A stretch of DNA of 64,000 bases from positions 8,298 to 72,297 of the forward strand of contig JADFZT010000005.1 of assembly GCA_015232395.1 (NCBI GenBank), written 5' to 3'. The notes under the pieces are model-generated. The model was not told the DNA's origin. It did not search any database and was given only the letters and a program-made list of their open reading frames with translations. Made by a program: the position numbers and the translations under genes. Below are positions 28,724-37,336 of this stretch, one piece after another; position 1 is the stretch's first letter; each line of letters begins with the position of its first letter. The stretch comes from Magnetococcales bacterium. GTDB lineage: Bacteria; Pseudomonadota; Magnetococcia; Magnetococcales; JADFZT01.

Positions 28724-29182
28724 ATGTTTGTCCAAGATGTGATGGTTAAAGAAGTGCGTACCAGCCGGGCCGATGAAGCGGTTCGTTCTGTGGCGGGTGT
28801 CATCTGCACCAATAAAATCAGTGGTTTGCCGGTGGTGGATGACAATGGCAAGCTGCAAGGGGTCATCTCGGAAAAGGACATTTTGAACGCGCTTTTGCCC
28901 AGCTATTCGGAATTTTTGGATGATCCCATCCGGGGTCGGGATTTTGAGTCCATGGAGACCTCCTACAAAGAGGTGCTCTCCAAGAGCGTCAGCTCCCTGA
29001 TGACCTCCCGGGTTTTTACCGTATCACCCACCGACCCCATCATGATGGCCGCATCTCAAATGGCCCTGCACAACTTTCGCCGCATTCCCGTGGTGGATAA
29101 TGACAACACCCTGGTGGGTATCATCAGCTTGGGAGACATCCACAAGGCCATCTTCAAGCGGGAACTGGGTATTCGGGAGTAG
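28724..29182 (+). CDS. CBS-pair domain protein
   Basis: Two CBS motifs: 'ISGLPVVDDNGKLQGVISEKDIL' and 'FRRIPVVDNDNTLVGIISLGDI'. Confidence 0.85.
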   Translation: MFVQDVMVKEVRTSRADEAVRSVAGVICTNKISGLPVVDDNGKLQGVISEKDILNALLPSYSEFLDDPIRGRDFESMETSYKEVLSKSVSSLMTSRVFTVSPTDPIMMAASQMALHNFRRIPVVDNDNTLVGIISLGDIHKAIFKRELGIRE

Positions 29183-29187
29183 TTCAC

Positions 29188-29772
29188 ATGGCTGAGGTGG
29201 TTCCACGCTGGGAGTGGCGGACCTTTGGTGCTGATTTTTCCGAAGCTGCAAAACGCTTGGCCCAACTGGGCTCTGCCAGGGTTCGGGAGAGCGCCGAGGT
29301 CTATCTCATTTCCTCCAAAAGCCACGAAAATACCAAGATTCGCCAGGGATTGATGGATATCAAAACCCTCTGTCAGGTGAATGATCAGAAGCTTGAGCAG
29401 TGGATTCCGGCACTTAAAACCGGTTTCCCACTGCAACGGGATCTTCTGGATCGTCTCTTTAAAACCTGGCAGGTGGAGCCATTGGCTCTATCGGGGGATG
29501 AATGGGATCTGGATTCTTTCCTGAGCCAGGTGGTGGATAGCCATCCCCACCTGGCCCGGGTGGATGTTTTCAAGGAGCGCCACGGTTATCTCATTGAGGA
29601 TTGCATTATCGAGGTGGCCTATCTCAAGTTTGATGGCGAGCCGATCCAGACGGTGGCGGTGGAGATGGAAGAGGCGGACCGGGTGTGGGAGAGGGTTGTC
29701 TCCCTGGGGTTGGCGGATCGGGAAAATGTCAATTATGTCTCCGCACTCAAGCGGTTTAAGGGGATTGGTTGA
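29188..29772 (+). CDS. Hypothetical protein, possibly a divergent CYTH/triphosphate-tunnel-like fold
   Basis: Alternating charged residues on predicted beta strands: 'RWEWRTF', 'KIRQGLMDIK' and 'VFKERHGYLIEDCIIEVAYLKFDGEPIQTVAVEME'. These resemble the CYTH pattern K.R..Y....I.LD.V..LG.F.EIE. The call is weak. Confidence 0.4.
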   Translation: MAEVVPRWEWRTFGADFSEAAKRLAQLGSARVRESAEVYLISSKSHENTKIRQGLMDIKTLCQVNDQKLEQWIPALKTGFPLQRDLLDRLFKTWQVEPLALSGDEWDLDSFLSQVVDSHPHLARVDVFKERHGYLIEDCIIEVAYLKFDGEPIQTVAVEMEEADRVWERVVSLGLADRENVNYVSALKRFKGIG

Positions 29773-29959
29773 TTTTGGAATGGCTTGCCGGTCAAGGAAG
29801 GCAGGTGTCCGGCGGACCATTGGTGATGAAAGAGGGTAAGCTGGGGAATGGGTTGATCGAGGAGCTCTGGGGGCTTCGGTGAGCTTGGTTTGTCTCAAGA
29901 AGGGTCGGGTTTCCGGTCTGACAAGAGGAGGGGTTTGTGTTTTTTCGGGGAGTAGGTGA

Positions 29960-30703
29960 ATGAACAAGCTGGTTGTTTTGTCGGGGCCTTCCTGCATTGG
30001 CAAGGGGCCTCTGTTCCAGGCTTTGCGTAAGTTTTTTCCGGAATTGGCAGGAAATTTTCAGCAGTTGGTGCTCTACAATGATCGCGCTCCCCGGCCTGGT
30101 GAGGAGGATGGGGTCGACTACCATTTTCGCTCCAGAGGGGAGATCGAGGATCTGCGCAGCAAGGATGGTTTTATCCTGGCAGATGTTCGCGGCGACCTGC
30201 AAGCGCTGGAAGTGGCTCAGATTGACCGGATTTTGGAAGCGGGCAATGTGCCTTTTTTTGAGGGCAACCCCTTTGTGCCGGCCAAGTTGAGAGAGGCCGG
30301 GCTTTTTGATCGGATCCCCACTCTATCGGTTTTTCTCTCCCCTCTCTCCCGGGAGGAGATTCTCTATCTGAGAGCCCCGGAGCGGCGGGTGGATCTGGCC
30401 AAATTTGTCGCCGACGTCCAGGGTCGCAAGCTTTTGCACCGCAACACCCGGCAAAAGATCAATCTTTCCCTGAATGATCTGGAAAACATCGAAAAATGGG
30501 CGGCAAGCGCCTTGGTGGAGATGCGGGAAGCGTGGAAGTTTCAGTATATCATTCATCTCCACGATGCCGAGGGCAACGATAACTGGGATGCCTTTTATTA
30601 TCCCATCGGCAGCGCCCGCAAGGCCCTGATGAACTTTGCCTCCCTGTTGCGGGGAGAAGAGCCCGCCGGAGTGGAAAAGTGGGAGCAGGAGCTGATTCCC
30701 TGA
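29960..30703 (+). CDS. Guanylate-kinase-like P-loop kinase, non-canonical
   Basis: 'LVVLSGPSCIGKGPL' and 'RAPRPGEEDGVDYHFRS' resemble Gmk. The Gmk 'GN.YGT' block is replaced ('RGDLQAL') and the protein carries a ~60-aa C-terminal extension. Confidence 0.6.
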   Translation: MNKLVVLSGPSCIGKGPLFQALRKFFPELAGNFQQLVLYNDRAPRPGEEDGVDYHFRSRGEIEDLRSKDGFILADVRGDLQALEVAQIDRILEAGNVPFFEGNPFVPAKLREAGLFDRIPTLSVFLSPLSREEILYLRAPERRVDLAKFVADVQGRKLLHRNTRQKINLSLNDLENIEKWAASALVEMREAWKFQYIIHLHDAEGNDNWDAFYYPIGSARKALMNFASLLRGEEPAGVEKWEQELIP

Positions 30704-30762
30704 TCTGCTGATCGAATGGATCGGGGGGGGGGGTGGTTTTTCCGGCAGAGAACAGGGAGTGG

Positions 30763-30857
30763 CAGCTGACTGAGGTGTTTGGTGGCCCGATATGTTTGGT
30801 GGCCCAATAGGTGTTTGGTGGCCCAATAGGTGTTTGGTGGCTAATCTCAGTCAGCTG
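30763..30857. repeat. Four tandem 16-19-bp repeats enclosed by a perfect 12-bp inverted repeat
   Basis: CAGCTGACTGAG (30763-30774), then GTGTTTGGTGGCCCGATAT / GTTTGGTGGCCCAATAG / GTGTTTGGTGGCCCAATAG / GTGTTTGGTGGCTAAT, then CTCAGTCAGCTG (30846-30857). Confidence 0.9.
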
Positions 30858-30906
30858 GAGCGGGCGTTTGGGGCTCGCAACTGAATCAAAACAAAAGAGG
30901 GCTTGG

Positions 30907-31377
30907 ATGGGCGTTGAGATCGAAAGAAAATATCTGGTCAAAAATGATGCTTGGCGGGACGGAGCCCAAGGGGTAGCCTTTCGCCAGGGGTTTCTCTCCA
31001 CCCAAAAGGAGCGGGTGGTGCGGGTCAGAATGGCCGGGGAAAAAGGCACCCTCACCATCAAAGGGGTCACCCGGGATGTTTCTCGGGTTGAATTCGAATA
31101 TGAAATCCCCAAGGCCGATGCCGAGCAACTGCTGGATCAACTCTGTGAGCGTCCCCTGATCGAAAAAACCCGCTATAAGATTGAACACGCCGGATTGATC
31201 TGGGAAGTGGATATTTTTGAAGGGGAAAATGCCGGTTTGATCCTCGCCGAAGTGGAGCTTGAGGACGAAAATCAAGCCATTGAACTCCCCGATTGGGTGG
31301 GGGAAGAGGTCTCCTCCGATGCCCGCTACTACAACTCCAACCTGGTAAAAAATCCCTTTAGCAGTTGGCGGGATTGA
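30907..31377 (+). CDS. CYTH domain protein (triphosphate tunnel metalloenzyme)
   Basis: 'VEIERKYLV' (ExExK), 'RVRMAGEKGTLTIKG', 'EKTRYKIEHAGLIWEVDIFEGENAGLILAEVEL'. AGAGGG lies upstream of the ATG at 30907. Confidence 0.88.
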   Translation: MGVEIERKYLVKNDAWRDGAQGVAFRQGFLSTQKERVVRVRMAGEKGTLTIKGVTRDVSRVEFEYEIPKADAEQLLDQLCERPLIEKTRYKIEHAGLIWEVDIFEGENAGLILAEVELEDENQAIELPDWVGEEVSSDARYYNSNLVKNPFSSWRD

Positions 31378-31396
31378 GGCCTGGGGAAGAGACGCT

Positions 31397-32266
31397 TTGG
31401 CCCTTTATGCCATAGGGGACGTTCACGGCTGCTGTGAACCTCTCGTTGAGCTGCTGGATCGGATCCACTTCAAGCCGGATCGGGATCGTTTGTGGTTCGT
31501 GGGGGATCTCATCAACCGGGGGCCCTGCTCCATGGAGGTGCTGCGCCTGGTGCGGGATCTGGGGGATAGGGCTATTTCCCTGATGGGCAACCACGAGGCC
31601 CGGGCGGTGGCCGCCTTAAGTGGAGACCCCCGCCAGGCCGCTTTCAAGTCCATGGACTATCTTCGGGATGCCCCGGCTGCCGATGGTTGGGAGGAGTGGC
31701 TGCGAAAACGTCCGTTTTTCCATTGGGATCGGGAATCCGGGTTCGCCATGGCCCACGCCGGTCTCTATCCTTCCTGGAGCCTGAAAGAGGCTGAAAAGCG
31801 CTCCCGAAAACTGACCGATTGTTACCAGGATCCCAAAAAAATTCGGGCGCTGTTTGCCGGGTTTGGCGGTCCACTCCCGGAAGAAGAGCCCTCAAAAAAG
31901 ATTCGGGCGAAGGATCCTTTGGCCCAGCTGCGTTTCGACCAGACCGTTTTTACCCGTATCCGTCTTTCCAACCGGGAAGGCCACCTCCTCTGGCCCAAAA
32001 AAGCCTTGGCGGCGGGTCTCAGCGATCCGTACTCTCTTCCCCCGGAAAGCTCTCCCTATAAACCCTGGTACGAGCTTTGGCAGACGCCCAAAAAGCAAAA
32101 AGTGATCCATGGCCACTGGGCGGCGGCTGGGCTCCAGCTGGGGGAGCAGGTGATCGGTCTGGATACCGGTTGTGTCTATGGGGGGCGACTCACGGCGATT
32201 CGCCTGGACGATCCCACGTTACCCATCACTCAGGTTGATTGTCCCGAATATGTCCCCCACAAGTGA
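31397..32266 (+). CDS. apaH: Bis(5'-nucleosyl)-tetraphosphatase, symmetrical
   Basis: '[20 protein letters not shown]...[14 protein letters not shown]', 'GNHE', 'VIHGHW'. TTG start. Confidence 0.88.
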   Translation: MALYAIGDVHGCCEPLVELLDRIHFKPDRDRLWFVGDLINRGPCSMEVLRLVRDLGDRAISLMGNHEARAVAALSGDPRQAAFKSMDYLRDAPAADGWEEWLRKRPFFHWDRESGFAMAHAGLYPSWSLKEAEKRSRKLTDCYQDPKKIRALFAGFGGPLPEEEPSKKIRAKDPLAQLRFDQTVFTRIRLSNREGHLLWPKKALAAGLSDPYSLPPESSPYKPWYELWQTPKKQKVIHGHWAAAGLQLGEQVIGLDTGCVYGGRLTAIRLDDPTLPITQVDCPEYVPHK

Positions 32267-33506
32267 TTCCTCCCCATCGACCGCTTCGTCGGTTGTGAGC
32301 AGCTCTTCGGAGGCTATCAGCCCTGTGGATTCGGTCGTTTCTGGGGATGGCTTGGATGGTTCTACCTCCATTGATTCCGGAACGCCCCGACCTTTCCGGT
32401 TTGAGCTACGCCATACCGACCCCACCGGGGCCCGTTTGGGACGCCTGATAACCCGTCGTGGGGAGGTGGAAACCCCAGCCTTCATGCCCGTGGGGACAGC
32501 AGCTACCGTCAAGACCCTCACCCCCCGTGAGGTGCTTGAAACCGGCTCCCAGATCATTCTCGGCAACACCTATCACCTGATGTTGCGTCCCGGCCACGAG
32601 CGCATCGCCCGTCTGGGGGGATTGCACCACTTTATGAACTGGTCCGGGCCGATTCTGACCGACTCCGGCGGCTTTCAGGTCTTTAGCCTGGGGGCGTTGC
32701 GGACTCTTTCGGAGGAGGGGGTGGCCTTTCGCTCCCATATCGATGGCTCGGCCTTTTTTTTGAGTCCTGAAGGGGCCATCAAAGCCCAGGAGGATCTGGG
32801 GAGTGACATCATGATGCAGCTGGATGAGTGTCCTCCCTATCCCGCTGAAAAGGATTATCTCGCCCGCTCCATGGCCCTCTCTTTGCGATGGGCACGCCGT
32901 TCCAAGGAAGCCCGCAATCCGGATGGTAGCAGTGGCGCTCTCTTTGGCATTGTCCAGGGGGGGATGAACCTGGATCTTCGGGCCGAGTCGGCTGAGGGGC
33001 TGATGGATATTGGCTTTGATGGTTATGCCCTGGGGGGATTGTCGGTAGGGGAGCCGCCAGCGTTGCGCCAGCAGGTGCTGGATCACACTCCCCAGCGTCT
33101 ACCCCCCGATCACCCCCGCTATCTCATGGGGGTGGGCAAGCCCCAGGATCTGGTGGCGGCGGTGGGAGCGGGGGTGGATATGTTTGATTGTGTTTTACCC
33201 ACCCGCAACGCCCGCAACGGCCAGCTTTTTACCTGGAACGGTACCCTCAACATCAAGGGCGCGCGTTTTCGAGAAGATCAGGAGCCGGTGGCTGAGGGGT
33301 GCGGTTGTGAATGCTGCCGCCACTACAGTCGGGCCTATCTCCATCACCTGTTTCGCAGCCGGGAAATATTGGGCTTGAGGCTGATGACTCTGCACAATCT
33401 GCATTTTTATCAGGAGTTGATGGCCGGGATGCGCCAGGCGATCTCAGAGAACGGGTTTGAAGGGTTCAGAAAAGAGTTTGCCGCCCGGTTGGCTGCTGGG
33501 GGATAG
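32250..33506 (+). CDS. tgt: tRNA-guanine transglycosylase with a Ser-rich N-terminal extension
   Basis: '[33 protein letters not shown]', '[13 protein letters not shown]', and the zinc site '[17 protein letters not shown]'. The ATG at 32250 overlaps the apaH 3' end by 17 nt. Confidence 0.92.
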   Translation: MSPTSDSSPSTASSVVSSSSEAISPVDSVVSGDGLDGSTSIDSGTPRPFRFELRHTDPTGARLGRLITRRGEVETPAFMPVGTAATVKTLTPREVLETGSQIILGNTYHLMLRPGHERIARLGGLHHFMNWSGPILTDSGGFQVFSLGALRTLSEEGVAFRSHIDGSAFFLSPEGAIKAQEDLGSDIMMQLDECPPYPAEKDYLARSMALSLRWARRSKEARNPDGSSGALFGIVQGGMNLDLRAESAEGLMDIGFDGYALGGLSVGEPPALRQQVLDHTPQRLPPDHPRYLMGVGKPQDLVAAVGAGVDMFDCVLPTRNARNGQLFTWNGTLNIKGARFREDQEPVAEGCGCECCRHYSRAYLHHLFRSREILGLRLMTLHNLHFYQELMAGMRQAISENGFEGFRKEFAARLAAGG

Positions 33507-33671
33507 TCGATGACAGGGGAGGCGAATTTTTAAGGTTTGAAAGTCTTTTCAAGTGGGCAGGTTGGCAGGTTGATAGGTCACTTTAACTTTTAAATTTTAA
33601 AGCAAGAGCTTATATGGTGTCTTGGTCAGCCCTTGTTTTTTTGATCGTTTTAAAATTAAAAACAGCAAATA

Positions 33672-33735
33672 CCACTCTACAGCTCAAACTCCAGCCCTTC
33701 CAACGCCACTCTACAGCTCAAATTCCAACCCTTCC
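33672..33735. repeat. 34-bp-period tandem duplication of the 3' end of the MBL gene
   Basis: CCACTCTACAGCTCAAACTCCAGCCCTTCC (33672-33701) versus CCACTCTACAGCTCAAATTCCAACCCTTCC (33706-33735). The two differences are synonymous in the minus-strand frame, and both copies read EGLEFEL-stop. Confidence 0.85.
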
Positions 33736-34613
33736 TGCGCCAGCAGATATTCAGGATCACCCGGTTTTCTGGGATGGCGGTCCAGAGCTTCCTGAAATAC
33801 TTTTTCCAGGTTGGCATCGTCACGGGTAGGTTCGTGGTGGGTGAAAAACATGGTTTTTACGCCAGCTTCCTTGGCCAGACGCATGTTGCCGTCAAAAGTG
33901 CCATGCCCCCACCCCTGTTTGGCAGGATAGTCGTCCCGGGTGTAGGAGGTGTCGGCGATGAGGACATCCACCCCCCGGACAAAATCGAGAATGGCCTTGT
34001 TTTTCTGGGTCATAAATTTTTCATACTTGTGATAATCCTCATCTTCGGGGGCATAGAGGTTGTAGAGTTCCTCGTGATCTCCGGTGAAGAAGACTGTTTT
34101 GCCGTTGCATTCGATTTTGTAGCCGAAGTTGAGCACCGGATGGTTCATAAAAATATTGGTCACTTTGGCTGATCCCGCCTGAACGGTCTGATGTTCGGCC
34201 AGGGTGACATATTTGGTGGTAGCTTTGAGTTCTTCCTCCCGGACTGGAAAATAGGAATATTCCAGCTGGCGGGCCAAAATGGAGCTGATCCCCCGCTGCT
34301 CTACCGGATCAAAGGCGCCATAGATGTTGAGGTTGTTGCCGGGGATGAAGGAGGGGATAAAAAACGGCAGACCCTGAATGTGATCCCAGTGGGTATGGGT
34401 GATAAAGATGTGACAGGTCAGCGGCAGCTCCGGAAACAGGGTCTGGGCCAGCTGAAAAATGCCGGTTCCCGCATCCAGGATAATCAGATCGTTGTCATCG
34501 CTGCGGATTTCGATACAGCTGGTATTGCCGCCATATTTGAGGGTCTTGGGACCGGGACAGGCAATGGAACCACGCACGCCCCAAAATTTGATTTTCATGG
34601 TCGGCTGTTCCAT
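33711..34613 (-). CDS. MBL-fold metallo-hydrolase
   Basis: 'IKFWGVRGS', 'ILDAGTG', 'FITHTHWDHIQGLPFF'. Confidence 0.85.
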   Translation of the reverse strand: MEQPTMKIKFWGVRGSIACPGPKTLKYGGNTSCIEIRSDDNDLIILDAGTGIFQLAQTLFPELPLTCHIFITHTHWDHIQGLPFFIPSFIPGNNLNIYGAFDPVEQRGISSILARQLEYSYFPVREEELKATTKYVTLAEHQTVQAGSAKVTNIFMNHPVLNFGYKIECNGKTVFFTGDHEELYNLYAPEDEDYHKYEKFMTQKNKAILDFVRGVDVLIADTSYTRDDYPAKQGWGHGTFDGNMRLAKEAGVKTMFFTHHEPTRDDANLEKVFQEALDRHPRKPGDPEYLLAQEGLEFEL

Positions 34614-34631
34614 TTCATGGCTGTCATCCCC

Positions 34632-35486
34632 TCACCCTTGATGCAGAATGAACCAGGTTTTTTTCCACTCATTGGAAAAATCCCCCAGTGAGTTGATGAG
34701 TTCCCCGAGATCCATGTTGAACCGACTGGCAATAGGGGGGGGCAGTTGTTCCACGACGGGGTTGCCGCTTTTACCGATACGCAGTTTTTTGACGATCTGG
34801 TTGGCTGCAAACACACAATCCCCCATGGGGGATGGGGAACCTTTGCCTCTGGGGGCGTGGTGATTTTGAATGCTGGCGACCAGTTCGTTGGGTAGATGCC
34901 ATTTTTTGGCAAGCATCGCGCCAACCCGGGTGTGGTCGGTGCCCAGCAGCTTTTTTTCCGCCTTCAGGAAGGGGATGTTTTTTTTGGAGGCCCTTTTAAT
35001 CGCTTTGGCGTACTCCTTGGGCATATAGCGGGCCAGGACCACCTTGCCAAAGTCGTGGAGCAGTCCCGCCACGAAATAATCGGCTGATTCCAGCTCCGAG
35101 GCTCCCAGACGCCGACTGAGGCGTTTGGCGACGATAGCGGTGCCCAGGGAGTGCATGAGCAGATTGGTCAGATATTCGTCGTCTTTTTCTTCGTTCGTCA
35201 ATACACCAACAGGGGCGATGGTCAGGGCAATGTTTTTAATGGTGTTGATCCCCACAAAAACCACGGCCTGATTGATGGAGAGAATGGTCCGGGAGAGCCC
35301 GAAATAGGGGGAGTTGAGAATTTTCAGAATTTTCAGAGTGAGCACCGGATCGTGGCCGATGATCTCAATCAGTTCCTTGGGGGGACAATTGATATCGGTG
35401 GTGAGTTGCAAAATGCGATAGACGCTTTGCGGGAAAGCGGGCATTCGCTCAACCATCTGGACCAATTTTTTATTCGAAATGCCCAT
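34632..35486 (-). CDS. HDOD domain signalling protein
   Basis: 'MPAFPQSVYRILQLTTD...ELIEIIGHDPVLTLKILKILNSPYFGL', 'AGLLHDFGKVVL', 'GTDHTRVGAMLAKKWHLP'. Confidence 0.85.
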   Translation of the reverse strand: MGISNKKLVQMVERMPAFPQSVYRILQLTTDINCPPKELIEIIGHDPVLTLKILKILNSPYFGLSRTILSINQAVVFVGINTIKNIALTIAPVGVLTNEEKDDEYLTNLLMHSLGTAIVAKRLSRRLGASELESADYFVAGLLHDFGKVVLARYMPKEYAKAIKRASKKNIPFLKAEKKLLGTDHTRVGAMLAKKWHLPNELVASIQNHHAPRGKGSPSPMGDCVFAANQIVKKLRIGKSGNPVVEQLPPPIASRFNMDLGELINSLGDFSNEWKKTWFILHQG

Positions 35487-35935
35487 GTATTGCCAATTAC
35501 GGTGTCAGAGCTGCATCGCCAATGGAATAACGTACCTTTACAAATGGTCGGCTCCATCCTAGCGTCAGGGTCGGATGAAGGGGGGCGTTGCCCGGAAAAA
35601 AAACCAAACGTAAAGGTTTAGTCGGTCTGGAAGCAACTGCAAAACCCAAGCCAGGATGGTTTTTTTCTGATTCCGGTTTTTTTGTACAGTCCGCTCCTTG
35701 CCGAGTATCCGGGGTTGTCGCTACCATGAGAGGCTTACCCGGAACCTTGATACCCAACCACTGAAACAATACCTTGAACCATAGCGCGTCGAAACGGTTT
35801 TTGAAAGGTTGGGGGAAAATGTTTGGATGGGCGGATCATTTTTGCAAAAAATGACCATCATTTCTCTCGAAAATCTAAAATGGGGTGGAACCTGCCGGAA
35901 TCTATTCAGGCGGTTGTCCACAACGGTGTCGTGAC

Positions 35936-36739
35936 ATGTCAAAGGGTGATATCCGAGAGATTTTGAAAAACAGCGATCTGCTGATGGATGGTCGGGAAAT
36001 CAGCAAGATTGTGGCGGTGGCCATTACCGGGGATCAACCCCTTGAAATCCGGCTGGAAGATGGCCAAGGCCCTTTTTCCTCCCACCTGCTCAAGTCGGTC
36101 AAAGGGCGGCGGGGCAAGCCCGATTTATTGCAGATTTCCCCTCTCGATCCATGGCCTGGCAAAAAAAGAATCCGGCCAGGAAAAAGCGTCGACGTACGTC
36201 TGTTTATGGGGGGGTATGCCTTGATTTCCCGACTGACATTGTTGGAAGGTGAGGATAAAGGGGGGAGGGAATCTCCCTTACAGCTGAGCTTTCCGACCTT
36301 TTTCAGGGTGGAGGCCCCCAGGCAGGTGAGCCGCTATCCCGTACCTGGGCAATTTCCCTGTACCGTGATTTTGACCGATTCCGACAATACCCCCATCAAA
36401 GGTATTCTTCAGGATATCAACCAGGAGGGGGTATCCTTTTCCCTGGCCATGGGGGAGTTGGAACTTCGCCAGGGAGACGAAACAGTCCTGACCATCCAGC
36501 CCCAGGAGCCGAACCAAACCGAATGTCGTTTAAGCGGCAGGGTTTTATTTGCCCGGGAAGAGGACGAACCCGATGAATCATCCGGCAAAAAATGGATGCG
36601 CTATTCCCTTCGGATTGGCGAAATAGAAGATGAACAAGCCTTTGAAAGGCTTTTTGCCAACATTAAACTATTCGCCGAGGAACGTTTTGGTAAGTCTGTT
36701 CTGACGGCTAATTCCTATATCAACGCCGTGGCTATCTGA
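35936..36739 (+). CDS. PilZ domain protein (putative c-di-GMP receptor)
   Basis: 'RQVSRYP' (RxxxR) followed by 'GILQDINQEGVSFSL' (D/NxSxxG-like). ATG at 35936. Confidence 0.6.
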   Translation: MSKGDIREILKNSDLLMDGREISKIVAVAITGDQPLEIRLEDGQGPFSSHLLKSVKGRRGKPDLLQISPLDPWPGKKRIRPGKSVDVRLFMGGYALISRLTLLEGEDKGGRESPLQLSFPTFFRVEAPRQVSRYPVPGQFPCTVILTDSDNTPIKGILQDINQEGVSFSLAMGELELRQGDETVLTIQPQEPNQTECRLSGRVLFAREEDEPDESSGKKWMRYSLRIGEIEDEQAFERLFANIKLFAEERFGKSVLTANSYINAVAI

Positions 36740-36845
36740 AGGTTGCATCACTGGTTGCTGGATATTCGCCAAATGCGAAGGATATCCGAAATATATCAAG
36801 CTCCGGTCGTGCTGCGGCGGCCGGGTGGTCAATGAGGAGAGTTGA

Positions 36846-37250
36846 ATGTTCGATCTGATTCCAAACGCTTATGCCCAAGGAGCTCCCGAGGGTGCCCAAG
36901 CGGCCATGGGCAATATCATCTTCATGGTTTTGCTGTTTGCGATTTTTTACTTTCTGTTGATCCGGCCCCAGCAAAAACAGGCCAAGCTGCACAAGGAACT
37001 ACTGGAAAACCTCGGTCGTGGGGATTCCGTGGTGACCAGCAGCGGTATCCTGGGGCGGATCCACAAGATTGACGACGAGGATGTCCTTCTGGAAGTGGGG
37101 CAGGTTGAAACAGCCAACCGCCAGTTTAAAGCCGTCCGTATCAAAATTCGCAAAACCAACATCGCCACCGTGACTGCCAAGTCCGGTGCACCGGCTCCGG
37201 AAAAATCGGACGATAAAGATTCGGACGAACCAAAATCGGACGACAAATAG
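36846..37250 (+). CDS. yajC: Preprotein translocase subunit YajC
   Basis: 'IIFMVLLFAIFYFLLIRPQQKQAKLHKELLENLGRGDSVVTSSGILGRI'. Confidence 0.9.
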   Translation: MFDLIPNAYAQGAPEGAQAAMGNIIFMVLLFAIFYFLLIRPQQKQAKLHKELLENLGRGDSVVTSSGILGRIHKIDDEDVLLEVGQVETANRQFKAVRIKIRKTNIATVTAKSGAPAPEKSDDKDSDEPKSDDK

Positions 37251-37336
37251 CCAGACCATCCCAAGCACTCACCGAATAACGCCCCAAAGGACGCCCCGGA
37301 AGTGGTTCGGGCGAAAAGTCGAGGACGGTAACAACC

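Noticed and set aside
30323-31112. Minus-strand ORFs with 'GHQTPIGPPN' repeats overlapping the kinase-like gene, the intergenic repeat and the CYTH gene
   Set aside because: They are translations of the reverse complement of the tandem DNA repeat and of well-supported plus-strand genes, so they are not credible genes. The repeat itself was also considered as a CRISPR array and rejected, because the units are contiguous with no unique spacers.
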